Positions 10,052 through 21,032 of a stretch of DNA of 64,000 nt are shown in pieces. The notes under the pieces are model-generated. The model was given only the letters and a program-made list of their open reading frames with translations, did no database searches and was not told the DNA's origin. Location: contig JAXGMI010000001.1 in NCBI GenBank assembly GCA_040768745.1, forward strand, positions 1,024,001 through 1,088,000, read 5' to 3'. Made by a program: the position numbers and the translations under genes. Positions within the stretch are counted from its first letter, which is position 1. Each line of letters opens with the position of its first letter. This DNA comes from Desulfomicrobium sp. (GTDB lineage: Bacteria; Desulfobacterota; Desulfovibrionia; Desulfovibrionales; Desulfomicrobiaceae).

Positions 10052-10696
10052 TTAGCCCAAGAATGCGAAACGCAACAAGGTGATCAGACCGATGCCCATG
10101 AACACTGCGAACATAATGTTCTCGGCCTTCTTGGCCTGGGGACGGTTCTCGGTCCTGATGAAGCCCCACTTCACGCCGATGCGGTAGAAGCCCACTGAGA
10201 CGTGGACCTCGATGCAGGGCAGCAGGACGAGATAGAACCAACCCCAGCCGGCCTGCACGCGGGCGGCGGACTTGGCGGCGGTGATGGGCAGATCAGTGAG
10301 GACCACAAAGAGGTGTACGGAACCCATGATCAGCACGATCATGGCCGTAACGGCCTGGACCACCCACAGCCAAGTATCGGTGTGGTGCATCATGCGGGCG
10401 TGTTTCCAGATGGTTTTCTGGCCCTCGGCGCGGAAAGGAATTTTGCGAGCGGCCAGGACAAAGTGGGTGATCATGGTTAGGAAAATGATCGGGCCGCCGA
10501 CTTGGGCCAAGTACGTGGCCTCGAAGAACCAAGCGATGGCGTCCATGATCCGCGGCGAAAGAACCACGGATGAGACCAGGAGCATGTGGCACCACATGAA
10601 CAGGACGAGACCGGCGCCGGTCAGCATCTGGAGCCAGTCGAGATACGCATCCCGGCGCCCGGGGCGCACGACATGCATGGTGGCATCAACGGACAT
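10052..10696 (-). CDS. frdC: Fumarate reductase cytochrome b subunit
   Basis: Five hydrophobic segments with His residues, DWLQMLTG...FMWCHM; first gene of the frd operon. Confidence 0.88.
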   Translation of the reverse strand: MSVDATMHVVRPGRRDAYLDWLQMLTGAGLVLFMWCHMLLVSSVVLSPRIMDAIAWFFEATYLAQVGGPIIFLTMITHFVLAARKIPFRAEGQKTIWKHARMMHHTDTWLWVVQAVTAMIVLIMGSVHLFVVLTDLPITAAKSAARVQAGWGWFYLVLLPCIEVHVSVGFYRIGVKWGFIRTENRPQAKKAENIMFAVFMGIGLITLLRFAFLG

Positions 10697-10813
10697 ACTT
10701 CCTCCGAAGTTGCGGAGCCAATGCGGTACCGGCCCCTGGTTGAACAACCAATTCGCTTGTCTCGAAACGATGAAGCTCCGAAGTATTTCGGAAATGGATT
10801 TTTGTAGACAAAC

Positions 10814-10844
10814 TTGTTAATCGATTAAAATTGATCAGTCAATC
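10814..10844. promoter_or_regulatory. AT-rich palindromic operator candidates between divergent frdC and copA
   Basis: ttaatcgattaa palindrome (loosely Rex-like TTGTTAA-N4-TTAAAAT) and attga-N4-tcaat. Confidence 0.3.
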
Positions 10845-10927
10845 ATGTGCGTGGGTTGATGCATCAGGGGCGTGATGCAGTACGCAAAACGTCTCGAGAA
10901 AATAGGGGTAAAGAATTCGGAGTGGAC

Positions 10928-13396
10928 ATGGGTACGGACGCGAAACGTTTTCCGGTGGGGGGCATGCACTGTGCTGCCTGTTCGTCGCGCATCGAGAAGG
11001 TGGTGGGCGCCATGTCCGGCGTGGAAGGGGTTGCCGTCAACCTGGCCACGGGCGAGATGGACTTGCGCTACGACGCGAAAAATGTCGATTTGGGCCAGAT
11101 TCTGGCACGGGTGCGGGACATGGGCTTCTCCGTGGAGGAGCCGGTTTCCGAAACGGTGCTTGAATTGCGCATCGGCGGCATGCACTGCGCGGCCTGCTCG
11201 TCGCGCATCGAGCGCATCGTGGCCGCCATGGACGGAGTGCGGGAGGCCAGCGTCAACCTCGGGGCCGAGAGCGGGCGGTTCGTCTTCGACCCGTCGAAGG
11301 TGTCCCAGCGCGCCCTGCGCCAGGCCATCCACGACGTTGGATTCAGCACGGAGCTGCCGCGCCGGGAGAAGGCCGGGGAAGAGGAGGCGCGCATCGCTGC
11401 CCGCCTGGCGGAGAAGAAGCGCAGCGTGGCTTGGTCTATGGCCTTCGCCCTGCCGCTCCTGATCCTGTCCATGGGGCACATGTGGGGCCTGCCCCTGCCG
11501 CACTGGCTCGACCCCATGCACGCGCCGGGAACCTTTGCCCTGACCCAGCTCCTGTTGACCTTGCCCGTGGTCTGGAATGGCCGCAGTTTCTACCTCGTGG
11601 GCTTCCCGGCCCTGGTCCGTCTGGCCCCCAACATGGACTCCCTGGTGGCCGTGGGCACGGGCGCGGCCTTGGTCTATTCCCTGTGGAACACGGTGGAGGT
11701 CTGGCTGGGCGTGGACGCCATGGCCCGGGCCATGGACCTCTACTACGAGTCCGCAGCGATCCTCATCGCCATGATATCCCTCGGCAAGTTCTTCGAGGCC
11801 CGGTCTGTGTCCAGGACAACGGGAGCGGTGCGGGCCCTCATGGCTCTGGCCCCGGATACGGCCTTGCTGGTGGACGGCGAGTCCGAGCGCGAGATTCCCG
11901 TGGAGGAGATCGAACCCGGCGACCTGCTGCGCATCCGTCCCGGAGGACGGCTGCCCGTGGACGGCGAGGTGGCCGAAGGGCAGAGCCACGTGGACGAGTC
12001 CATGCTCACGGGCGAGCCCCTGCCCGTGCGCCGCGCCCCGGGCGACACGGTCTTCGGCGGCACCCTGAACACCACAGGCTCCTTTGTCATGCGCGCCTCC
12101 CTGGTGGGCGAGGACACCATGCTGGCCCGCATCGTGCGCCTGGTGCGCGACGCCCAGGGCTCCAAGGCCCCCATCGCCAGCCTGGCCGACACGGTCAGCT
12201 ACTATTTCGTTCCGGTGGTCATGGCCCTGGCCCTCGTTTCGGGCCTGGCCTGGCATCTGTTCAGCGACGAGCCCTTCGTCTTCGCCCTGCGCATCGCCAT
12301 CTCGGTCCTGGTCATCGCCTGCCCCTGTGCCATGGGGCTGGCCACGCCGACGTCCATCATGGTCGGCACGGGGCGCGGTGCGCAGCTGGGCGTGCTCATC
12401 AAGTCCGGCCGGGCCCTGCAGAAGGCCGGGGAACTGGATACCCTGGTCTTCGACAAGACCGGGACCCTGACCGTGGGCAGGCCCGTGCTGGCCGAGGTCT
12501 GGACGGCTCCCGAATCGGGCTTCGGACGTGATGGCCTGGTGCGGCTGGCCGCGGCCGTGGAGGTCCAGTCCGAGCACCCCCTGGCCCGGGCTGTGGTGGC
12601 CGCGGCCGGAGAGGCCTTGCCCAAGGCCTCGGGCTTTTCAGCCGTGCCCGGGCAGGGCGTGCGCGCCGAGGCAAACGGCAGGCATGTGGCCATCGGCAAC
12701 GAGCTGATGATGCGCTCCATGGGCATCGATCCTGCTGCTGCGGCTGCGCACCGCGCGCGCCTGGAAGGGCAGGGGGCCACGGTGGTGCATGTGGCCGTGG
12801 ACGGGCGGCTGGCTGGCCTGCTGGCCATCAGCGACCAGGTCCGGCCCGAGTCCAGGGCGGCGATCAGGCACATGCGCGATCTTGGCCTGGACGTCGTGCT
12901 CCTGACGGGGGATTCCGAGCGCGCGGCCCGGGCCGTGGCCGCACAGCTTGGCATCGGGCGGGTGGTGGCCGGCGTGCTCCCGGACCGCAAGGCCGAGGAG
13001 ATCGAGAACCTGCAGCGGGAGGGACGCACCGTAGGCATGGTCGGCGACGGGATCAACGACGCCCCGGCCCTGGCTCGGGCCGACCTGGGCGTGGCCATGG
13101 GCTCGGGCATGGATGTGGCCATGGAGTCCGGCGACGTGGTGCTCATACGCGAGGACCTCCTGGGCGTGCTCACGGCCCTGGCCCTGAGCCGCGCGGTCAT
13201 GCGCAACATCCGCCAGAACCTGTTCTGGGCCTTCGCCTTCAATACCATCGGCATCCCGGTGGCGGCCGGCGTCCTGCACCTCTTCGGAGGACCGACCATG
13301 AGCCCCATGCTGGCCGGAACGGCCATGGCCATGAGTTCGGTCTTTGTCGTTTCCAACGCCCTGCGGCTGCGTTTTTTCACCCCGGCAGATGCGTGA
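10928..13396 (+). CDS. copA: Cu(I)-exporting P1B-type ATPase
   Basis: Two GMHCAAC HMA domains, TGE, CPC, DKTGT, SEHPL, GDGIND, MAMSS. Confidence 0.92.
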   Translation: MGTDAKRFPVGGMHCAACSSRIEKVVGAMSGVEGVAVNLATGEMDLRYDAKNVDLGQILARVRDMGFSVEEPVSETVLELRIGGMHCAACSSRIERIVAAMDGVREASVNLGAESGRFVFDPSKVSQRALRQAIHDVGFSTELPRREKAGEEEARIAARLAEKKRSVAWSMAFALPLLILSMGHMWGLPLPHWLDPMHAPGTFALTQLLLTLPVVWNGRSFYLVGFPALVRLAPNMDSLVAVGTGAALVYSLWNTVEVWLGVDAMARAMDLYYESAAILIAMISLGKFFEARSVSRTTGAVRALMALAPDTALLVDGESEREIPVEEIEPGDLLRIRPGGRLPVDGEVAEGQSHVDESMLTGEPLPVRRAPGDTVFGGTLNTTGSFVMRASLVGEDTMLARIVRLVRDAQGSKAPIASLADTVSYYFVPVVMALALVSGLAWHLFSDEPFVFALRIAISVLVIACPCAMGLATPTSIMVGTGRGAQLGVLIKSGRALQKAGELDTLVFDKTGTLTVGRPVLAEVWTAPESGFGRDGLVRLAAAVEVQSEHPLARAVVAAAGEALPKASGFSAVPGQGVRAEANGRHVAIGNELMMRSMGIDPAAAAAHRARLEGQGATVVHVAVDGRLAGLLAISDQVRPESRAAIRHMRDLGLDVVLLTGDSERAARAVAAQLGIGRVVAGVLPDRKAEEIENLQREGRTVGMVGDGINDAPALARADLGVAMGSGMDVAMESGDVVLIREDLLGVLTALALSRAVMRNIRQNLFWAFAFNTIGIPVAAGVLHLFGGPTMSPMLAGTAMAMSSVFVVSNALRLRFFTPADA

Positions 13397-13438
13397 TGCT
13401 CTTGTCGGTGAGCTTCGAGATTGGAGAGGGACGTTATC

Positions 13439-14509
13439 ATGGCTGACCCAAAGCGATGTCCGGATGGGGCCGGGCAGCACACCCCAGCGTTCTCGGAAGC
13501 GGACCTACCCATCGACGACCAGGGGCGCGTTTACCATCTGCAGATCAAACCGGAACAGATCGCCCCTGATATTTTGTTGGTCGGGGATCCCGGGCGGGCA
13601 GAATCCGTCGGGTCAATGTTCTTGCGTGATGTGGAGGTCGCGCATCAACACCGGGGGCTGGTCACGGTCACAGGAATTTTTGAGGGCACAGGGGGGCGGG
13701 CCACAATCATTTCGCCACTGAAGACCACCGTGACGACTTCCGGGATGGGAACTCCCTCCCTTGAGATCGTGGTGAACGAACTGGTGGCCATGAACGAGAT
13801 CGACATCGCAACACGAACGAGAAAAGCCGATTTCCCACGTTTGCACGTCCTGCGGATAGGCACATCCGGAGCCCTGCAGGCATCGACAAGGCTGGGCACG
13901 CCCATCATCACCTCGTATGCCATCGGAATGGACAACACGGGTCTGTTTTACGAGACTCCCCATCCTGATGGGACCTGCCAGCGACTTGAACAGGAGTTGG
14001 GGCATCTGATGCGCAATTCCATGAGACCAGGCTCCCGGTTCTGGGGGAGGATCCACCCCTATGTCGCCCGTTCCGAACCCGTCATGGTCCAGGGGCTGGA
14101 GGAGACTGCGGCACGCCTTGGGGTACCGGCCAGGATTGGATTGACTGCCTCCAACAGCGGCTTTTTTGCCTGCCAGGGGCGCGATGTCGCCCGGGTTCAG
14201 CCCAGCGTGCCAGAACTCGACAGGGTATTTTCAGAATTCGATCCCAGGCTTGGGGGGCAACGGATTGAGAACATGGAGATGGAAGCGAGTTTTCTGTTGC
14301 ACTTCCTTGGCGGCTTGGGGCATTGGGCCGGGGCCATTTGTCCGACCATTGCCAACCGACGATGGAACACCTTTGACCACCAGTACCAGGAGTCCATTGC
14401 ACTTGCCACCGAGGTGGGCTTGAGGACATTGGCGTCTCTGCGAAATCGGTATCCCGATGCGCGGTTGCGATGCCCGTCCATGGAAGCTCCGGACGTCATG
14501 GGCGGATAG
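13439..14509 (+). CDS. Nucleoside (uridine) phosphorylase family protein
   Basis: YHL, VGDPGR, SGMGTPS, RIGTSG, NMEME motifs. Confidence 0.85.
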   Translation: MADPKRCPDGAGQHTPAFSEADLPIDDQGRVYHLQIKPEQIAPDILLVGDPGRAESVGSMFLRDVEVAHQHRGLVTVTGIFEGTGGRATIISPLKTTVTTSGMGTPSLEIVVNELVAMNEIDIATRTRKADFPRLHVLRIGTSGALQASTRLGTPIITSYAIGMDNTGLFYETPHPDGTCQRLEQELGHLMRNSMRPGSRFWGRIHPYVARSEPVMVQGLEETAARLGVPARIGLTASNSGFFACQGRDVARVQPSVPELDRVFSEFDPRLGGQRIENMEMEASFLLHFLGGLGHWAGAICPTIANRRWNTFDHQYQESIALATEVGLRTLASLRNRYPDARLRCPSMEAPDVMGG

Positions 14510-14652
14510 AACGGTCAGTGCATCCCCCTTTTTCCACCCGCAACTCGGGTTGACCTGTCATTTGGAACCGAGGCCAAGGACTGCAATGCGGTATGCGCCC
14601 TCGTGTTCATGTTGCCTGGGCGAATCCCGGCACGGTTTTTGGAACACAGTGT

Positions 14653-14681
14653 TTGACCTTCCAGGTCGCTGTGTTTAGAGT
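14653..14681 (+). promoter_or_regulatory. Putative sigma70 promoter of the carB operon
   Basis: TTGACC-N17-TAGAGT about 85 bp upstream of the carB ATG. Confidence 0.5.
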
Positions 14682-14765
14682 GCGCCGACTCCATCAGCCA
14701 TCGAGCGTGGCAGATTCCGGATTGGCCTTGATAACCATCCCAAAATATAACCCATCCACCCAGAG

Positions 14766-17700
14766 ATGCCCAAGAGAACAGATCTCAAGAAGATAATGCT
14801 CATCGGTTCGGGTCCCATTGTCATCGGGCAGGCCTGTGAGTTCGACTATTCCGGCACCCAAGCCCTGAAAGCCCTGAAGGAAGAGGGGTATGAGGTGGTC
14901 CTGGTCAACTCCAATCCGGCTACGATCATGACCGATCCGGACCTGGCCGACCGGACCTACATCGAGCCCATCGAACCAGAGACTGTGGCCCGCATCATCG
15001 AACGAGAACGGCCGTGCGCCCTGCTGCCAACCCTGGGTGGTCAGACAGGCCTGAACACAGCCGTGGCCGTGGCCGAGAACGGAATCCTGGAAAAATACGG
15101 CGTGGAACTCATCGGCGCGTCCCTGCCGGCCATCAAGAAGGCCGAAAGCCGTCAGCTCTTTCGCAAAGCCATGGAGAAGATAGGTCTCAAGGTGCCCAAA
15201 AGCGGTATCGCCAGGAGCCTGAACGATGCGCGGGAGTGGGGCGAGAAACTCACCTTCCCCATCATCGTCCGTCCGGCGTTCACCCTGGGCGGCACGGGCG
15301 GCGGTGTGGCCTACAACAAGGAGGATCTTGAGCGCATTGCCCAGCAGGGCCTGGCCGCCAGTCTGACCACGGAAGTCATGCTGGAGGAGTCCCTCCTGGG
15401 TTGGAAGGAATTCGAACTCGAAGTGGTGCGGGACAAGAAGGACAACTGTGTCATCATCTGCTCCATCGAGAACCTGGACCCCATGGGTGTGCATACCGGC
15501 GACTCCGTGACCGTGGCCCCGGCCCAGACCCTGACCGACGATGAGTATCAGAAGATGCGCGATGCATCCCTGGCCATCATGCGCGAAATCGGGGTGGAGA
15601 CAGGTGGCTCCAACGTCCAGTTCGCCCTGAACCCGGCCAACGGCGAGATGATGATCATCGAGATGAACCCCCGGGTTTCCCGGTCTTCCGCCCTGGCCTC
15701 CAAGGCCACGGGTTTCCCCATCGCCAAGATCGCAGCCAAGCTGGCCGTGGGCTACACCCTGGACGAACTGCAGAACGACATCACCCGCGAGACCATGGCC
15801 GCTTTCGAGCCGACCATAGATTACGTGGTCATCAAGATCCCCCGCTTCACATTCGAGAAATTCCCCGGCGCCGAAGACTTTCTGACCACGGCCATGAAGA
15901 GTGTGGGCGAGACCATGGCCATCGGGAGGACCTTCAAGGAGGCCCTGCAAAAAGGTCTTCGCTCCCTGGAGATCGGCTATCCCGGGCTGGGCAAGAATTT
16001 TGATGGGAAGTTTCCAGACGTGGAGGAAATCCTGGCCGGATTGCGTAGGCCCAATTCCCGGAGGCTCTTCCAGGTCCGTCAGGCCCTGCTGGCCGGTGTG
16101 ACCGAGGAGGAGATCTATGCCTTGTCCGCCATCGACCCCTGGTTCATCCGCCAGTTCAAGGACATCGTCGACTTCGAGGCCGTGCTCAAGAATGTCGGCC
16201 TGCAGGGAAACCTCTCTGTGGACAATCCCGAGTTCGTGACGGTGCTGCGCCAGGCCAAGGCCATGGGTTTCTCGGACCGTCAACTGGCTACGTTGTGGAA
16301 ACGCAAGGAAATAGACATCAGGTCCATGCGCAGGGAGGCGAACATCCTGCCCACCTACAAGCTGGTGGACACCTGCGCAGCAGAATTCGAGGCCTATACC
16401 CCCTACTACTACTCCACCTACGAGACGGAAAATGAGGCCCGTATTTCCTCCAAGCGCAAGGTGGTCATCCTCGGGGGCGGCCCCAACCGCATTGGCCAGG
16501 GTATCGAGTTCGACTACTGCTGCGTGCACGCCTCCTACGCGCTGCGCGAAATGGGTATCGAGTCCATTATGGTCAACTCCAACCCCGAAACCGTGTCCAC
16601 GGACTACGACACCTCAGACCGCCTCTACTTCGAGCCCCTGACCCGCGAGGACGTGCTGGCCATCATTGAACAGGAGAAGCCCGAGGGCGTCATCGTCCAG
16701 TTCGGCGGCCAGACCCCGCTCAATCTGGCAGTGCCGCTCCTGCGTGAGGGAGTGAATATCCTGGGCACTTCGCCGGATTCCATTGATCGGGCCGAAGACC
16801 GGGAGCGGTTTCAGGCCCTGCTGAAGAAGCTCGATCTGTTGCAGCCCGACAACGGCACGGCCATGAATGTGGACGAGGCCGTGCTTGTGGCCGAGAGGGT
16901 CGGTTACCCCGTGGTGGTAAGGCCTTCGTACGTTCTCGGCGGAAGGGCCATGGATATCGTTTACGATAAAAAGGACTTGCAGGGCTATTTCGGCAAGCAC
17001 GTGACCGTGGCCCCCGAACATCCCATCCTCATCGACAAGTTCCTGGAGAACGCCATCGAGATCGATGTCGATGCTCTGAGTGATGGCGAGGATACCTATG
17101 TGGCCGGGATCATGGAACACATTGAGGAGGCCGGCATCCACTCCGGCGACTCGGCCTGCGTGCTGCCCCCCCACACCGTGGGCAAGATGTGGATCCAGGA
17201 AATCGAGCGCCAGACCAGGGCACTGGCCAGAGAATTGGGCGTCATAGGCCTCATGAACATCCAGTTCGCGTTGAAGGACGAGTTGATTTACATTCTTGAA
17301 GTGAATCCCCGTGCCTCAAGGACATCCCCCTTCGTTTCCAAGGCCACGGGAGTGCCCCTGGCCAAGCTCGCCACCCGAGTCATGCTGGGGCAGAAACTCA
17401 AGGACCTGGATCCCTGGTCCCTGCGCAAGGGCGGGTATTACGCGGTCAAGGAGGCGGTCCTGCCGTTCAACCGCTTTCCGGGCGTGGATACCCTGCTGGG
17501 GCCTGAAATGCGCTCCACCGGGGAGGTCATGGGCGTCGATCCGTCCCTGGGACTGGCGTTCATGAAGTCCCAGCTCGCTGCCGGACAGTTCCTGCCTGCG
17601 AGCGGGTGCGTGTTCATCTCGGTCAACGATCATGACAAGCCCGGCATTCTCGTCCCGGCCAGAACCTTTCAGAAGCTGGGCTTCACCATCATGTCCACCC

Positions 17701-18014
17701 GGGGCACGGCTGCATATCTGGCCAGTCACGGGGTGCAGTGTCAGGTCGTCAACAAGGTGTACGAAGGCCGCCCCAACGTCATCGATCACATCAAGAACGG
17801 GGACATCCAATTGGTCATCAACACGTCCTCGGGCAAGCGGACCAAGGAAGACTCCTCAGAGTTGCGCCGGACCACGGTGCTGTACGGACTGCCGTACACG
17901 ACCAACCTCGCAGCGGCCAAGGCCCTGGCTCTGGCCATCAAGGAGCGGGGCAGCGCGGGCTTGAATGTGCAATGCTTGCAGGAATATTACAGGAATTCGG
18001 GCCGGGATTTTTGA
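14766..18014 (+). CDS. carB: Carbamoyl-phosphate synthase large subunit
   Basis: [10 protein letters not shown]...[10 protein letters not shown] start, duplicated ATP-grasp domains, C-terminal MGS domain. Confidence 0.98.
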   Translation: MPKRTDLKKIMLIGSGPIVIGQACEFDYSGTQALKALKEEGYEVVLVNSNPATIMTDPDLADRTYIEPIEPETVARIIERERPCALLPTLGGQTGLNTAVAVAENGILEKYGVELIGASLPAIKKAESRQLFRKAMEKIGLKVPKSGIARSLNDAREWGEKLTFPIIVRPAFTLGGTGGGVAYNKEDLERIAQQGLAASLTTEVMLEESLLGWKEFELEVVRDKKDNCVIICSIENLDPMGVHTGDSVTVAPAQTLTDDEYQKMRDASLAIMREIGVETGGSNVQFALNPANGEMMIIEMNPRVSRSSALASKATGFPIAKIAAKLAVGYTLDELQNDITRETMAAFEPTIDYVVIKIPRFTFEKFPGAEDFLTTAMKSVGETMAIGRTFKEALQKGLRSLEIGYPGLGKNFDGKFPDVEEILAGLRRPNSRRLFQVRQALLAGVTEEEIYALSAIDPWFIRQFKDIVDFEAVLKNVGLQGNLSVDNPEFVTVLRQAKAMGFSDRQLATLWKRKEIDIRSMRREANILPTYKLVDTCAAEFEAYTPYYYSTYETENEARISSKRKVVILGGGPNRIGQGIEFDYCCVHASYALREMGIESIMVNSNPETVSTDYDTSDRLYFEPLTREDVLAIIEQEKPEGVIVQFGGQTPLNLAVPLLREGVNILGTSPDSIDRAEDRERFQALLKKLDLLQPDNGTAMNVDEAVLVAERVGYPVVVRPSYVLGGRAMDIVYDKKDLQGYFGKHVTVAPEHPILIDKFLENAIEIDVDALSDGEDTYVAGIMEHIEEAGIHSGDSACVLPPHTVGKMWIQEIERQTRALARELGVIGLMNIQFALKDELIYILEVNPRASRTSPFVSKATGVPLAKLATRVMLGQKLKDLDPWSLRKGGYYAVKEAVLPFNRFPGVDTLLGPEMRSTGEVMGVDPSLGLAFMKSQLAAGQFLPASGCVFISVNDHDKPGILVPARTFQKLGFTIMSTRGTAAYLASHGVQCQVVNKVYEGRPNVIDHIKNGDIQLVINTSSGKRTKEDSSELRRTTVLYGLPYTTNLAAAKALALAIKERGSAGLNVQCLQEYYRNSGRDF

Positions 18015-18046
18015 CCTCCATGCCCGACGGAGAGGGATTTGCCACT

Positions 18047-18079
18047 GCAAAGCTCAGGGCCATAGGCCCTGGGCTTTGC
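18047..18079 (+). terminator. Strong hairpin between carB and purF
   Basis: gcaaagctcagggcc-ata-ggccctgggctttgc, 15-bp stem, weak U tract. Confidence 0.45.
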
Positions 18080-18112
18080 CTGTTCAAGAACACTGCCATG
18101 GAAAACAGCGAC

Positions 18113-19504
18113 ATGAAAAAGGAAGCTTGCGGATTATTTGGAATTTACGGCCATCCCGAAGCGGCGCGTATGACCTACTTCGGGCTCTATGCCCTTCAGC
18201 ACCGCGGGCAAGAGAGTGCAGGCATCATCACCTGGGACGGCCAAACCATCCGCGAACAGCGGGGCATGGGTCTGGTGGCCGACGTGTTCCAGGAACGCCA
18301 TCTCGGGCACCAGCTCAAGGGCAGCGTGGCCCTGGGCCATATCCGCTACTCCACCACCGGCGCTTCGCTGATCCGCAACGCTCAGCCATTCAAGGTCACC
18401 TACAAGGGGATGAATCTGGCCCTGGCGCACAACGGCAACCTGGTCAACACCATCAGCCTGCGCGAGGAACTGGAAAACCAGGGCACCATCTTCCAGACCA
18501 CCATGGACAGCGAGGTCATCATGCATCTGGTGGCCAAATACATGAACGGGGGCACGCCGGAAGAGGCCATCGCGAAGGCATGTTCCCGCATCAAGGGCTC
18601 GTTCAGTCTGCTTTTCATGGTCAATCAGAAACTCATCGCAGTCCGCGACCCCTGGGGCTTCCGGCCCCTGTCCCTGGGCCGCGTGGGGGACGCCTATGTT
18701 TTGGCCTCGGAGACCTGCGCCTTCGACCTGCTGGAGGCCGAGTACCTGCGTTGTCTGGATCCGGGCGAGATGCTGGTCATCGAAGACGGCCGCATGATGT
18801 CCCATCGCTACATGGAGCCTGCGGACAGGCAAAGCTCCTGCATCTTCGAGCTGATCTATTTCGCCCGGCCCGACTCCCTGGTTTTCGACCAGGAGGTCTA
18901 CAACGCCCGCAAGACCATGGGCCAGGTTCTGGCTCGGGAATGTCCGGCCGACGGGGATTTTGTCATGCCTTTCCCCGACTCCGGAGTGTACGCGGCCGTG
19001 GGCTATGCCCAGGAGTCAGGTCTGCCCTTCGAGGCCTGCATGATCCGCAATCACTACGTGGGACGGACCTTTATCCAGCCCACCCAGGGCATGCGCGATT
19101 TTTCCGTGCGTGTGAAGCTCAACCCGGTCAAGAACATGATCAAAGGCAAGCGGGTCATCATCGTCGAGGATTCCATCGTCCGTGGCACGACCATCCGCAC
19201 ACGGGTCAAACAGTTGCGGGAATTGGGGGCCAAGGAGATCCATATGCGGGTCAGCTGTCCGCCCATCCGTTATCCCTGCTACTACGGCATCGATTTTTCC
19301 TCCAAGGGGGAACTCATTGCCGCCAACCATTCCGTGGATGATATCGGACGCTATCTGGGCCTGGACAGCCTCCATTACATCACCATTGGTGGGTTGTTGA
19401 AATCCGTGCGCGCGCCCGAGAATTTCTGCCTGGCCTGTTTCAATGGAGCCTACCCTGTTCTGCCCGATGCAGGCATGGGCAAACTGTCTCTGGAGTGCTG
19501 TTAA
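18113..19504 (+). CDS. purF: Amidophosphoribosyltransferase (alternative start 18098)
   Basis: EACGLFG Ntn Cys, LQHRGQE, GHIRYST, HNGN, VEDSIVRGTT. Confidence 0.95.
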   Translation: MKKEACGLFGIYGHPEAARMTYFGLYALQHRGQESAGIITWDGQTIREQRGMGLVADVFQERHLGHQLKGSVALGHIRYSTTGASLIRNAQPFKVTYKGMNLALAHNGNLVNTISLREELENQGTIFQTTMDSEVIMHLVAKYMNGGTPEEAIAKACSRIKGSFSLLFMVNQKLIAVRDPWGFRPLSLGRVGDAYVLASETCAFDLLEAEYLRCLDPGEMLVIEDGRMMSHRYMEPADRQSSCIFELIYFARPDSLVFDQEVYNARKTMGQVLARECPADGDFVMPFPDSGVYAAVGYAQESGLPFEACMIRNHYVGRTFIQPTQGMRDFSVRVKLNPVKNMIKGKRVIIVEDSIVRGTTIRTRVKQLRELGAKEIHMRVSCPPIRYPCYYGIDFSSKGELIAANHSVDDIGRYLGLDSLHYITIGGLLKSVRAPENFCLACFNGAYPVLPDAGMGKLSLECC

Positions 19505-20508
19505 TGAGTTCCGCAGCGAGCCCGCAATCCACTGAAAACTGGCTGATCAAGGCCAAACATGTCCTCGATGTCGAGATCCAGGGAGTGGAGGCCGTGCGCA
19601 ACCGCCTGGGTGACTCCTTTGTCCAGGCCCTGGAACTCATGGCCCGTTGTACCGGGCGAGTTGTGGTCTGCGGGCTGGGCAAGTCGGGTTTGGTCGGCCG
19701 CAAGATCGCCGCAACCCTCAGCAGTACGGGCACTCCGTCTTTTTTTCTGCACCCGGTGGAGGGGGCCCACGGAGATCTGGGCATGATCAGGACCGAGGAC
19801 GTCATCCTGGCCATCTCCTATTCAGGCGAGACCGACGAACTCAACAACATCCTGCCCAGTCTCAAGTCCCTCGCTGGCGGGGTGATCGGTCTGACCGGAG
19901 GGGTGAACTCGACCATGGCTGGGTTGTGTGATCTGGTCATTGACGTTGCGGTGCCGGCAGAGGCCTGCCCCCTGGGCGTGGCCCCCACGTCCAGCACCAC
20001 GGCCACACTGGCCGTTGGTGACGCCCTGGCCGTCTGCCTCATAGACTGGAAGTCTTTCGCCATCGAGGATTTTCGCCGCTTTCACCCAGGAGGTGCCCTG
20101 GGGCAACGGCTGGCCCAGAAGGTGGATGAGCTCATGCGCACGACCGGACTGCCTACGGTTCCGCGCGGGGCTTCCCTGGGACAGGCCCTGGAATGTTTGA
20201 ACCGCGGCCGCCTGGGTTGCGTCTGCGTTCTGGATCGGGGTGGACGCCTGGCCGGTATCCTGACCGATGGTGATGTCCGGCGGTTGGTCTGTTCCGGGCA
20301 CATGGATATGGACGCGGTGGTGGACATGGTCATGAAGACCGAACCGCTGCGGGCCATGCCTGGGCAAAAGGCGGGCGAGGTGCTGGATCTCATGGAGTCC
20401 AGGGCGATCACAGTACTGCCAGTGGTCGAAACGAACGGCATTCTCATTGGCATGGTGCATATGCACGATGTCCTGGGTCAGGGCCGGGTCAAATTTTCTC
20501 GGTCATGA
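19504..20508 (+). CDS. kdsD: KpsF/GutQ-family arabinose-5-phosphate isomerase
   Basis: GLGKSG, HGDLG, APTSST, FHPGGALG, two CBS domains. Confidence 0.88.
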   Translation: MSSAASPQSTENWLIKAKHVLDVEIQGVEAVRNRLGDSFVQALELMARCTGRVVVCGLGKSGLVGRKIAATLSSTGTPSFFLHPVEGAHGDLGMIRTEDVILAISYSGETDELNNILPSLKSLAGGVIGLTGGVNSTMAGLCDLVIDVAVPAEACPLGVAPTSSTTATLAVGDALAVCLIDWKSFAIEDFRRFHPGGALGQRLAQKVDELMRTTGLPTVPRGASLGQALECLNRGRLGCVCVLDRGGRLAGILTDGDVRRLVCSGHMDMDAVVDMVMKTEPLRAMPGQKAGEVLDLMESRAITVLPVVETNGILIGMVHMHDVLGQGRVKFSRS

Positions 20509-21032
20509 GCGATTTCAGCCCCCTTGTCTGTGTCCGCTGTGCCGACCGTGGCCGGACCTGCTGTGCCCTGTCCGGCGGGGACGAGGAGTTCTGCTTCCCT
20601 GTTTCCGCTTCCGAACGCCTGGCCATCCTGGCTTCGGGCATCGGGGCAGAGGCTTTTGTTTCCGCCCCCAACACGCAGGCCTTTGTGGAACAGCTGGACC
20701 AGCTCATACCGGACCATGCGGTCAAGGATATTTTTCCGGCAAACGGATCCCACTGGAGACTGGCCACCACCACTGGGGGACAGTGCATTCTCCTGGGGGG
20801 GGCAGGCTGCGGCCTGGAACGGAGCATCCGGCCCTTTTATTGCCGGCTCTTTCCCCTTTGGGTTTATCGCGGCCAGTTGACCTGGTTCACGGCAGAGGAA
20901 TGTCTGGCCAATGAGCAGTGCAATAGCATTGCGGACATGCTCAGGTTCATGGACGCCGAGGCGAGGGAAATCAGGTCGTTGTTCCGGGCCATGTGCCATG
21001 CGCTCGGACTTGGAAATTCGAAGGTGATATAA
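20505..21032 (+). CDS. YkgJ-family cysteine-cluster protein
   Basis: CxxC...CC N-terminus and C..L...GC...RPFYCRLFP. Confidence 0.75.
   Translation: MSDFSPLVCVRCADRGRTCCALSGGDEEFCFPVSASERLAILASGIGAEAFVSAPNTQAFVEQLDQLIPDHAVKDIFPANGSHWRLATTTGGQCILLGGAGCGLERSIRPFYCRLFPLWVYRGQLTWFTAEECLANEQCNSIADMLRFMDAEAREIRSLFRAMCHALGLGNSKVI

Noticed and set aside
14766..18014. carB without an adjacent carA
   Set aside because: Separated carA and carB genes are common and not remarkable.
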